From Marinoscillum sp. (lineage in GTDB: Bacteria > Bacteroidota > Bacteroidia > Cytophagales > Cyclobacteriaceae), in contig NZ_JAVKCA010000010.1 in assembly GCF_040222955.1 (NCBI RefSeq), positions 62,239-126,238 of the forward strand: a stretch of 64,000 nucleotides of DNA. Direction: 5' to 3'. How positions within the stretch are numbered: the stretch's first letter is position 1; each line of letters opens with the position of its first letter. Below the pieces are notes generated by a model, which ran no database searches, was not told the DNA's origin, and saw nothing but the letters and a program-made list of their open reading frames with translations. The position numbers and the translations under genes are program-made. Positions 29,922 to 38,387 of this stretch are shown here, piece by piece.

Positions 29922-30560
29922 TTAATCACCCAGGCGAAATGCCAACTTGGCCGTGAGCAGGTTAACGTTCTGCACCTTATCATCTGGTAAACTATAGTAC
30001 CGGTAATATCCATTTTTCAACCGATGGTTGGTCAGCCAATAGTACCGGACTTTCAGTGCCACGCGTGACCCGATGGGTAGAGAAGCTCCTACCGTAAACC
30101 CAAAACCCGTGGTTCCTTTGATCTTGTACACATCCCTGCCTATAACCATCGCCGTAGGTTTAAAAAAGCTAATCACTCCCCCCACAGACACCTGCCAGGT
30201 ATTTCGTGGGGAAAAATTAACTCCCGCCGACATGGGCAGGCCAAAGTAGTGTGAATACTTCAGGTTATCCGGTGGGCTGCTCATCGATGATTCAATTTGG
30301 GTTTTGGATGATTCATCAAAAGGGTTCCAAATAAAGGAGGCATTGAAAAAGATCGCCAGCCCCAAACTGTCTGACGGGCCTACAAACTCATACCCAAAGG
30401 CCATTCCTGTGGCCGCCATTCCGCTGGTTGGGCGCTCTACGTCTGCATCTCCAAAGTCTGCCATAGGTACTGCAGGCCCGGCACCCAGCCAATGGGTTTG
30501 TCAGGTGACACCTGTGAAGAATCCCACAAGGAAAAGGGTGAACAATATTTTTTTACACAT
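29922..30560 (-). pseudogene. Outer-membrane beta-barrel protein gene interrupted by an in-frame TGA immediately after the signal peptide
   Basis: The ATG at 30560 encodes MCKKILFTLFLVGFFTGVT. A TGA follows at 30503..30501. The same frame then continues without interruption through the 180-aa ORF 29922..30464 (QTHWLGAGPAVPMADFGDADV...KLAFRLGD). That ORF has alternating-residue, aromatic-rich beta-barrel character. Confidence 0.5.
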
Positions 30561-30686
30561 AAAGGATCGCTTAAGGGGAATATTGGCTCAGTTCATCAAA
30601 ATAAACCGCTAAATTTCTTGGGGAAAAGGTAAAGCACACGCATTAAAAAGAAAAAAGTGATATTTTAAGGTCAAAATAACCAACCC

Positions 30687-31271
30687 ATGGATTTCAACTT
30701 TTCAGATTGGTGGGGTACCCTCACCACCCTTCAGCAAATTTATTGGGGCTTTGCCATCCCTTTCACCCTCATCTTCCTACTCCAGATGATCATGACTTTT
30801 GTGGGTGGGGATATGGATACAGATGGGTCTGCAGACTTTGATGTAGAGACCGATGATGGCGCAGGATTTCAGTTTTTCACCATCAAAAATTTCGTGGGCT
30901 TTTTCACACTTTTCTCATGGACAGGCATCGCCTGCCTGGATTCGGGGCTTTCGGCCAGCCTTTCAGTGGTGATCTCCATTGGTGCGGGCATCCTGATGAT
31001 GGTGATCATGGCCGCCATTTTTTACTATTTCAGTAAGCTTACAGACTCTGGCAATATGTCGGCCAAAAATGCCATTGGCGGGATCGGTGAAGTATATCTA
31101 CCCATCCACTCCGGCCGGGGCAACATCGGCAAGGTAAGCATCAAAGTTCAGGGGTCTCTACGCGAGCTGGATGCGATCACCGATGACAATCAGGATTTGC
31201 CAACTGGCGCCGTGGTGACTGTCACAGACATCACCAGCAATGACACATTAATCGTTACTAAATCTAAATAA
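30687..31271 (+). CDS. NfeD-like membrane protein (YuaF/YqiJ type, C-terminal OB-fold)
   Basis: 194 aa with N-terminal TM helices and a C-terminal beta-rich soluble domain (GEVYLPIHSGRGNIGKVSIKVQGSLRELDAIT). It is 3 bp upstream of a flotillin gene. Confidence 0.75.
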   Translation: MDFNFSDWWGTLTTLQQIYWGFAIPFTLIFLLQMIMTFVGGDMDTDGSADFDVETDDGAGFQFFTIKNFVGFFTLFSWTGIACLDSGLSASLSVVISIGAGILMMVIMAAIFYYFSKLTDSGNMSAKNAIGGIGEVYLPIHSGRGNIGKVSIKVQGSLRELDAITDDNQDLPTGAVVTVTDITSNDTLIVTKSK

Positions 31272-31274
31272 TCA

Positions 31275-32726
31275 ATGTCGAGTACCTTCTTATTTATCAT
31301 CGCCGCAGTAGTCGTATTCGTATTTGTACTGCTCATTGGCCTCTTTCAGCGCTACAAGCGCTGCCCTTCTGACAGAATACTGGTGGTCTATGGAAAAGTC
31401 GGCAAAGGTGCCGATGACCAGGGCCGGTCGGCCAAGTGTATCCATGGGGGCGCCGCTTTTATCTGGCCCATCATTCAGGATTATGAGTTTCTGGACCTGA
31501 CGCCTATCTCCATTGAAGTGATGCTGTCGAATGCCCTTTCCCGACAAAACATTCGGGTGGATGTGCCCTCCAGATTCACCGTGGGGATCTCTACAGAAGA
31601 AGGCATCATGAACAATGCCGCCGAACGCCTGCTCGGTCAGTCGCAGCAGAGTATCCATGACCTGGCCAAAGACATCATTTTTGGTCAGCTGCGTTTGGTG
31701 GTAGCCACCATGGACATTGAAGAGATCAACAGCAACAGGGATAAATTTCTGGCCAACGTAGCCTCCAATGTGGAGGCTGAACTCAAAAAGATAGGTCTGA
31801 AGCTCATCAACGTGAATGTGACGGACATCAAAGACGAGTCCGGCTACATAGAAGCCTTGGGTAAAGAAGCGGCGGCCAAAGCCATCAACGATGCCCGAAA
31901 AAGTGTGGCTGAGAAGGTAAGAGACGGATCGATCGGTGAGGCCAATGCCCATCAGGAACAGCGGGTAAAAGTAGCTTCAGCTGATGCCATGGCTGTAGAA
32001 GGTGAAAACACCGCCAAGATCACCATCGCACAATCCGATGCTGCGAGGCGGGAAAAAGAGGCAGAAGCTCAGAAAATTGCCATCGCGGCAGAGAAAGTAC
32101 AATCAGCCAAAGCCCTGGAAGAAGCCTACGCCGCAGAGCAGGAAGCTGAAAATGCCCGTGCCAGACGTGATAAAGCGACCCAGACTGCCGATGTGGTGAT
32201 TCCTGCACAGATTGACAAAGAAAAAGTGGAAATAGCTGCTGAAGCGGAGGCCGAAATGATCAGGAGAAAGGCCAGAGGGGAAGCAGACGCCATCCTGTTT
32301 ATGAAAGAAGCAGAAGCCAAGGGTATCTATGAAGTATTGACCAAGCAGGCAGAAGGATTTAAGCAAATCGTAAGTGCCGCCGGCAATAACTCCCGTGATG
32401 CGGTACTGCTGATCATTGCGGACAAACTCAATGAGCTTGTGAGGCTGCAAACGGAAGCGATCAAAAACATCAAAATCGATAAGATCACCGTTTGGGACAG
32501 TGGCAATGGGGAGAATGAGAAATCCTCAACAGCCAACTTCATTTCAGGCCTTTATAAATCTGTACCGCCACTCCAGGAGATGTTTGGTATGGCAGGTATG
32601 GAGCTCCCGGATTACCTGAAAGGGAAGTCTACCGAAGAGATCCAAAAACTGGCCAGCGAAGTGAAAAAGAAAAACGAACCCAAAAAACCCAAAGAGACCA
32701 CCGATCCTCCGAAGGACGATCAATAA
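31275..32726 (+). CDS. Flotillin-like SPFH/band-7 protein (FloT/YqiK type)
   Basis: N-terminal TM anchor, SPFH domain, a long Ala/Glu-rich coiled coil (EAEAQKIAIAAEKVQSAKALEEAYAAEQEAENARARRDKA...) and the conserved C-terminal region. Confidence 0.85.
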   Translation: MSSTFLFIIAAVVVFVFVLLIGLFQRYKRCPSDRILVVYGKVGKGADDQGRSAKCIHGGAAFIWPIIQDYEFLDLTPISIEVMLSNALSRQNIRVDVPSRFTVGISTEEGIMNNAAERLLGQSQQSIHDLAKDIIFGQLRLVVATMDIEEINSNRDKFLANVASNVEAELKKIGLKLINVNVTDIKDESGYIEALGKEAAAKAINDARKSVAEKVRDGSIGEANAHQEQRVKVASADAMAVEGENTAKITIAQSDAARREKEAEAQKIAIAAEKVQSAKALEEAYAAEQEAENARARRDKATQTADVVIPAQIDKEKVEIAAEAEAEMIRRKARGEADAILFMKEAEAKGIYEVLTKQAEGFKQIVSAAGNNSRDAVLLIIADKLNELVRLQTEAIKNIKIDKITVWDSGNGENEKSSTANFISGLYKSVPPLQEMFGMAGMELPDYLKGKSTEEIQKLASEVKKKNEPKKPKETTDPPKDDQ

Positions 32727-32752
32727 CAAAAAGGGCTTCGGCCCTTTTTTTA
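32727..32752. terminator. Rho-independent terminator hairpin (bidirectional; A-run/GC stem/T-run)
   Basis: aaaaaGGGCttcgGCCCttttttt lies immediately after the flotillin stop. It also lies downstream of the convergent serine-hydrolase gene. Confidence 0.7.
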
Positions 32753-32805
32753 ATCAATATCCATGCCGCTGATTGAACTCATCTGCATTGCATTTGGCTA
32801 TTATT

Positions 32806-33987
32806 TCACTTAAACATCACCTCCAAACTCTCTCTGTAAATATTCAAACGTGGCAGGTTGACGTAAGAGCCACTATTGACTAACAACACAAAGGTGGCAT
32901 CTTGCTCCGGGAAATATTGCGCGATAGAAAGGAAGCCATCTATGCCACCGGTGTGGCCCACGGAGTTACCGTAGGGGGTTCGGTTGTGCTCCAGCCCAAG
33001 TCCATTCTGAAAGTGACCAAAATCCTCATCTTCCCAACCCTCCGGTAAGTCAAACCAATTAGTCATATCCTGCATGGATTGTGCGCTGATCAATTCTCCT
33101 TTCATCAGCTGCTCAAAGAACAATCCCAAATCATAAGCATTAATGGCAATCCCTCCATCAGCCGTATTGAGCTCATCTTTATACAGAAACTCACTCTCCA
33201 CATACTGATCATTACCATAAATGTCTACATACCCTTTGACTGTACCTGATGGGATCGGCACCTCCGTATCGTAATAGGCACTGGCCAGCCCGGCAGGAGT
33301 AAACACGCGGGTATCGTATGCTTTGGCCAGTGTGTTACCTGTTGCCGACTCAATGATCATTCCCAGCAGCAAAAAATTGGTGTTTGAGTAGTAATAAGTT
33401 TCACCTACAGCGTGTGTCGCTTTTTTTCCGTACGTATATTTTAATACATCTTCTTGTTGCCAATCATTGTCTATTCGATTGATCCGATCCAGCTCAAACT
33501 GAAGCGTGTAATAATCAGGAATGCCACTGGTGTGTGCAAGCAGATGGGCGATGGTGCTTTCGTTGACGTTTTCAATCCTATCTGTGATAGAATGCTCAAT
33601 CCATTTGTTGACCGGATCATTGAGCGATAACAACCCCTCATCAACCAACTTAAACACCACGGTCGCGGTAAAAACCTTGCTAATGCTGGCAATCAAAAAA
33701 GTATTGCATGGATTCACCTCAACATCTGAGGCAATATCCGCCATCCCACTGGCACCTACCCAGGTGCCATGGGCATCTTTGATCATCATGGTCGCCCCCA
33801 CTATTCCCAGTTTGCGGTTGCGATCTAATATGGTCTGATAGGCTGCTGCATTTGGATGAATAGCGCTTGAATCGGCATAAGTAAAACCACAGTCATAATA
33901 GTCCTCCACGAACATTTCATTTTGCTCGCAAGCAGGCAAAACAGCAAGACTTATAGCCATTGACATCATTAGGATATTGAACTTCAT
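32806..33987 (-). CDS. Serine hydrolase, beta-lactamase (class C/PBP4-like) family lipoprotein
   Basis: Lipoprotein signal MKFNILMMSMAISLAVLPAC. The SxxK active-site motif is present (FLIASISKVFTATVV). The length (393 aa) and overall similarity fit Beta-lactamase-fold esterases/peptidases. Confidence 0.8.
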   Translation of the reverse strand: MKFNILMMSMAISLAVLPACEQNEMFVEDYYDCGFTYADSSAIHPNAAAYQTILDRNRKLGIVGATMMIKDAHGTWVGASGMADIASDVEVNPCNTFLIASISKVFTATVVFKLVDEGLLSLNDPVNKWIEHSITDRIENVNESTIAHLLAHTSGIPDYYTLQFELDRINRIDNDWQQEDVLKYTYGKKATHAVGETYYYSNTNFLLLGMIIESATGNTLAKAYDTRVFTPAGLASAYYDTEVPIPSGTVKGYVDIYGNDQYVESEFLYKDELNTADGGIAINAYDLGLFFEQLMKGELISAQSMQDMTNWFDLPEGWEDEDFGHFQNGLGLEHNRTPYGNSVGHTGGIDGFLSIAQYFPEQDATFVLLVNSGSYVNLPRLNIYRESLEVMFK

Positions 33988-34553
33988 AAGGATTGCAATT
34001 TTACGTTGACACCAACTTTTAAGAAAGAATGTATAATAACCGGAATCCCATTGGCAAAAGGGGTCTCCAACGCCAGGTCCTGCCTCACAAAGGGAAGAAC
34101 GGGGCTGTCGTTTACCCAGGTGAAGCCAATACCCACTGTGGCAAGTGCATGTGCCCTTCCCAGTTGATTGATCTTTTCAAATTCACCTGTTCTTGGATTG
34201 ACTTCATACAATTCTCCAGGATAAAAGGTGTGCATATAGCCCAGTCCATAGGCAAGGTTGGTAGCAAGCCAATCGGTCAATCCAAATTGGTGACTCTGCT
34301 CCACCCTCAGAAAAATACCATTTTCTACCCTTTCGTGGTGGTAGCCACCCATGTAGACATTGAGCACACGAGGGGTTCGTTGATCCCAGACATAGAGCGT
34401 ATAGCCCACCTCAGCTCCAGGGTGGATTGGAGCCAGCCTTGTCAACGGGAAAGCAATGCTCTCACTCATCAGAGCGATTGATAAATCGCCTTTTTGTTGT
34501 GCCGAACTCAATAAAACGAGTGTCGCAAAAATGAAGGTTAATAGAAGTCGCAT
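33984..34553 (-). CDS. Hypothetical secreted protein, co-transcribed with the serine hydrolase (stop/start overlap)
   Basis: 189 aa with signal peptide MRLLLTFIFATLVLLSSAQQ. It is aromatic/Gly-rich and may be a small OM beta-barrel (PagL-like), but this is uncertain. Confidence 0.55.
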   Translation of the reverse strand: MRLLLTFIFATLVLLSSAQQKGDLSIALMSESIAFPLTRLAPIHPGAEVGYTLYVWDQRTPRVLNVYMGGYHHERVENGIFLRVEQSHQFGLTDWLATNLAYGLGYMHTFYPGELYEVNPRTGEFEKINQLGRAHALATVGIGFTWVNDSPVLPFVRQDLALETPFANGIPVIIHSFLKVGVNVKLQSL

Positions 34554-34641
34554 ATTTTAAAAGAAGGTTATTGCTTCCTATACGGGAGAGTTGGGGATAA
34601 ATCGAAAAACAAGACGAAACCTTACCTTTTATTGACCTATG

Positions 34642-35181
34642 TCAAGAAATGACTGACCTCAGTCGCGAAAGTGTCTCTGGAGAAATGTTGAGATAGGAGG
34701 CCAAAATTCTATGCGGCACTCGATTGAATAAGGAAATACGTTCTCTATTGAACGCTTCCAGACGTGAGGCAGAATCGTTAACAATCAGCGACAGCTCCTT
34801 CTCATGTTTTTCGATGATAAAACTGATGAGCTGTTGATTCCTGAATGCTGCTACTTCCGGATGCTGCTCCATGAGCGTATCTAGCTCGCATTTCTCCCAG
34901 TACAGGAGCGTAGTATCGGTGAGTGCCTGACAGCTGATGTACGAAGGGTCGCCGGTGAAATGACTGACGATAGAGCTGTAGAAGAAATCATTTTCCTGGG
35001 AAAGTCTTATGGTCTTTTCAGTTGATTTGTGATCCAGAACATAGTGACGCACCACACCTGATTTGATAAAATATATCCGCTTACAAACCTCATCTGAACG
35101 GAGTAGGTGTTCATTTTTCCGGACGAGCTTTGAATGTCCTCTTTTTAATAATAACTGTAATACATCCAATCTGGCAATCAT
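34642..35181 (-). CDS. Crp/Fnr family transcriptional regulator
   Basis: It has a cNMP-binding-like beta-roll (EHLLRSDEVCKRIYFIKSGVVRHY) and a C-terminal HTH (RILASYLNISPETLSRLR). Confidence 0.8.
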   Translation of the reverse strand: MIARLDVLQLLLKRGHSKLVRKNEHLLRSDEVCKRIYFIKSGVVRHYVLDHKSTEKTIRLSQENDFFYSSIVSHFTGDPSYISCQALTDTTLLYWEKCELDTLMEQHPEVAAFRNQQLISFIIEKHEKELSLIVNDSASRLEAFNRERISLFNRVPHRILASYLNISPETLSRLRSVIS

Positions 35182-35328
35182 TTTACTTCTGGCTAACTAA
35201 CCATAGTACACATAGAAACCATTAGTCCGAAATCCATTTTCTGCCCCAATAGCCCATTTTAAAATAAAAAACCTCTCCAATCCTGTATTACGGACGGAGA
35301 GGTTTTTTTGAAAACTAGGACCGATTAA

Positions 35329-37986
35329 TTAGAAATTAAACCCTATGCGACCGAAGAAGTAGGCACCGCCCACACCCATCTGCACAGAATCCCAATATCC
35401 ACCCGAATCTGTCCAGTCATCCTGCTGTGATGGATATACATTGAAAATGTTGTTTCCACCTAAAGAGAAGGTCATGCCATCTGTCACCTGAAAACTAATA
35501 CTCAGGTCAGTAACCACTCCCGCTTCGTATACATCTTTGGAGGCATTGAGCTTATTTTGATACCCACCATAGTCGGCATCATCCTCATAAATCTGCCAGT
35601 CCAGTACCGTGATTTCACTGAAACGCGTGAAAGCCAGCGACACATCAAATCTGTCGGTGAAGTAGCCGATGTTCAGTCCGAATTTAGATGGAGGAGCGGA
35701 AGCTTTCAAAAAGTACTGCTCCCGCGGCCCAAAAAACACATCGGCATCCAGGTTGCCGTTATTGATTTTTTCAATGGAGATATCATTGATGTTTCCTGTG
35801 AGCGCTACACTGAGTCGGTTAGCGCCCAACTGCGCCCGGTAGTTCAGCACCATATCCAGACCGGTGGTTTTGGTATCCAGGCCATTGGCAAAAAACTGGG
35901 CATCTACCACATTGATGTTCAACGAAGAGGCATCAAAGTAATCGGTCAGTACAATCCTGTCCTGAACGGTGATGTAATATCCATCCACCGTAGCTGTGAA
36001 ATTGCCTGCTTCGAGTGTCACCCCAAGGCTGGCATTGTTGGCTGTTTCCTGCTTGAGCTGCTCTATACCAAACCCACGGGTCACAGGACTGTTATTAGGT
36101 GCCAGTAGCACCTCCAGGGCTTCACCACCAATGAAGTTGGTAAACCGAAGGTTGTAGTAAATCTGAGCCAAAGATGGTGCCCTGAAACCCGATGAAACCG
36201 AACCTCTCAAGGCCAGATTGTCTGTCAATTCAAATCTGGAAGCCAGTTTGTAGTTAAAGGTCTCGCCAAAATCAGAGTAGTTCTCGTAGCGAAGCGCCGC
36301 TCCTATCAAAAACTGTTCGGTTAAGTTAACTTCGGTGTCCACATACAGGGCCAGGTTTGATCGGCTTCTCAGCACTTCGTTGGCAGGACTGTATCCTGGG
36401 AAACCCTGTGATCCTCCCGGGCGAGGCTCGCCATCATATTCCGGGGCCTGCTGATCGGGTCTGGTAATGGCCAGTCCCAAAGTATCGTAGGTCGCATAAG
36501 ACCCTTCTTCGCCACTGAAAATACCAAAGGTCTCTGTTCGGTATTCCATCCCAAAAGCAAGGTTGGTACCCGCCAGGAACCCATCGTAGTATTTGGTCAG
36601 GGTAGCTGAGGTCACATTCATGGCCAGGCTATGTCCACCGGCATCAAAGTCAGTGGGAGAAGCCTCCTCCAGTGAGGCGTTCACGGTGTTTTTGATGTAG
36701 TAATGGAAATCGTTTTTACCGAAACTGTTGTTCACATCCATTTTCCAGCCATTCGGCAAAATCTGCTTGAAGCCTGTGGACACCGACGCATCTGAAATGA
36801 TGGAAGTGATCCTGGGGGTGAACCCATTGGGATAGATAGAAAGCACATTACGACCAGATTCAGCATCTCGTGAAAAGGCGTAAGCATCTGTGTTTCTAAA
36901 ATTTCGACCACCAAAGGCATAAAACTCTGTCTTATCACCTACCGGCACAGAGGCGTTCACCATAAAATTAAATCCCTGAATCCCTGCCTCGCCATAGCCC
37001 TGACGAAAAGAAGCTCCAGGTCGGAGTACTTTCTCCTTGTTGACAAATTCTGTGGTGAAGTTGACAAAACCACCATCATCGCCAATGTCAAGTCCGTAAT
37101 TAAGAGAGGCGCGTACGGTATTGCCATCGAAGCTTCTATCGTCATCATATAGCCTGTTTTTACCATCCACATTGGCCGTACCCGGATCAAATGAGCCATC
37201 AGCAGCCGTGCTATATGCTCCATAAGTCACGTTACCGGAGATGTCACCTGTGTTATCCTTCAGCACGATGTTGATCACTCCTGCAATGGCATCCGACCCA
37301 TACTGGGCAGAGGCTCCATCTCTCAGTATTTCTATCCTTTTGATAGATGCTACAGGGATGGCATTCAGGTCAGTACCCGTGTTACCCCGGCCTCTTGTTC
37401 CAAAAACGTTAATCAGGGAAGACTGGTGCCTTCTTTTTCCATTGATGAGTACCAGTGTCTGGTCAGGGCCCAGGCCTCTGAGTGTGGCCGGATCGATGTG
37501 GTCAGCACCGTCAGACCCCGACTGCTTGGAGGAATTAAACGAAGGCGCCGCATACTGCAGAATCTGATTGATTTCGATCTGCCCGTTTCGCGAAGGGATC
37601 TCAGCCAGATCAATCACGTCCACGGGTACAGGCGTACTCAGCTCTGTCCGGTTTTCATTTCTGGAGCCCACCACGGTCACTGCGCCGAGTTCCAGCCCCT
37701 CTCGCAGGGTTACGGAGAGGTTGGTTTGCCCGGCTACCGCCACTTCCTGAGACTTAAAGCCCACAAAAGAAAAAGTAAGCACGGCATTCGGGCTGCTCAC
37801 CTGAAGGGAGAATTTGCCTTCATAGTCGGTAATGACACCATTGGAGGTGCCCTTCTCCAGGACTGTCGCTCCGACCACCTCCTGCCCAGCGTCATCGGTC
37901 ACTTTGCCCGATATACTCACCTGAGCCCATGAGGTATAGGATATTACTGCAAGGGTCAATAGTAGAATTTTTCTCATAATCTTCAT
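35329..37986 (-). CDS. TonB-dependent outer-membrane receptor (CarboxypepD_reg-like N-domain, plug, 22-strand barrel)
   Basis: 885 aa with a signal peptide, an N-terminal SGKVTDDAGQEVVGATV domain, a plug region and the C-terminal aromatic terminus ...GRIGFNF. It has no adjacent SusD, so it is not a canonical SusC. Confidence 0.9.
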   Translation of the reverse strand: MKIMRKILLLTLAVISYTSWAQVSISGKVTDDAGQEVVGATVLEKGTSNGVITDYEGKFSLQVSSPNAVLTFSFVGFKSQEVAVAGQTNLSVTLREGLELGAVTVVGSRNENRTELSTPVPVDVIDLAEIPSRNGQIEINQILQYAAPSFNSSKQSGSDGADHIDPATLRGLGPDQTLVLINGKRRHQSSLINVFGTRGRGNTGTDLNAIPVASIKRIEILRDGASAQYGSDAIAGVINIVLKDNTGDISGNVTYGAYSTAADGSFDPGTANVDGKNRLYDDDRSFDGNTVRASLNYGLDIGDDGGFVNFTTEFVNKEKVLRPGASFRQGYGEAGIQGFNFMVNASVPVGDKTEFYAFGGRNFRNTDAYAFSRDAESGRNVLSIYPNGFTPRITSIISDASVSTGFKQILPNGWKMDVNNSFGKNDFHYYIKNTVNASLEEASPTDFDAGGHSLAMNVTSATLTKYYDGFLAGTNLAFGMEYRTETFGIFSGEEGSYATYDTLGLAITRPDQQAPEYDGEPRPGGSQGFPGYSPANEVLRSRSNLALYVDTEVNLTEQFLIGAALRYENYSDFGETFNYKLASRFELTDNLALRGSVSSGFRAPSLAQIYYNLRFTNFIGGEALEVLLAPNNSPVTRGFGIEQLKQETANNASLGVTLEAGNFTATVDGYYITVQDRIVLTDYFDASSLNINVVDAQFFANGLDTKTTGLDMVLNYRAQLGANRLSVALTGNINDISIEKINNGNLDADVFFGPREQYFLKASAPPSKFGLNIGYFTDRFDVSLAFTRFSEITVLDWQIYEDDADYGGYQNKLNASKDVYEAGVVTDLSISFQVTDGMTFSLGGNNIFNVYPSQQDDWTDSGGYWDSVQMGVGGAYFFGRIGFNF

Positions 37987-38387
37987 ACTTACGTTGTTTA
38001 GGTTATGAGTAAAATAACAAATATCAGAGACTTTTCTTTTTCATCTCTCAACCATTTGAAGGGATCATTGCCAAAAAGGTAAATGTTTCTTCGATACACT
38101 CCGCAAGTGTTTGCAGCAGTTTTTTTAATAGATCGTTTCGCGCCTGGATCGGGAGAGTAGTACCTGGCCTTCAAACTGTTGATGGAAATCTGAGCTGCAT
38201 TTTTCGTCATCAGACAATTTGAGATTTTACCCAAAAAGTCAGTTTTAACTATCAAGGTATAAAATAACCTTAGTCAAGTAAAAGCCTGGAGGTTATATCT
38301 ACTACTTGCTTTTTTGATGCTGGTGGTGCTTTTGAATTTGAAAGAAGGCTCCCCACGTAAAGCGTGGAGAACCTGTATGAAGAAGTA

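Noticed and set aside
31975-32330. Ala/Glu-rich repetitive stretch
   Set aside because: It is protein-level low complexity (the flotillin coiled coil), not a DNA repeat element or CRISPR.
35557-36108. 183-aa + strand ORF, and other ORFs at 37241..37932
   Set aside because: They are antisense to the TonB-dependent receptor gene.
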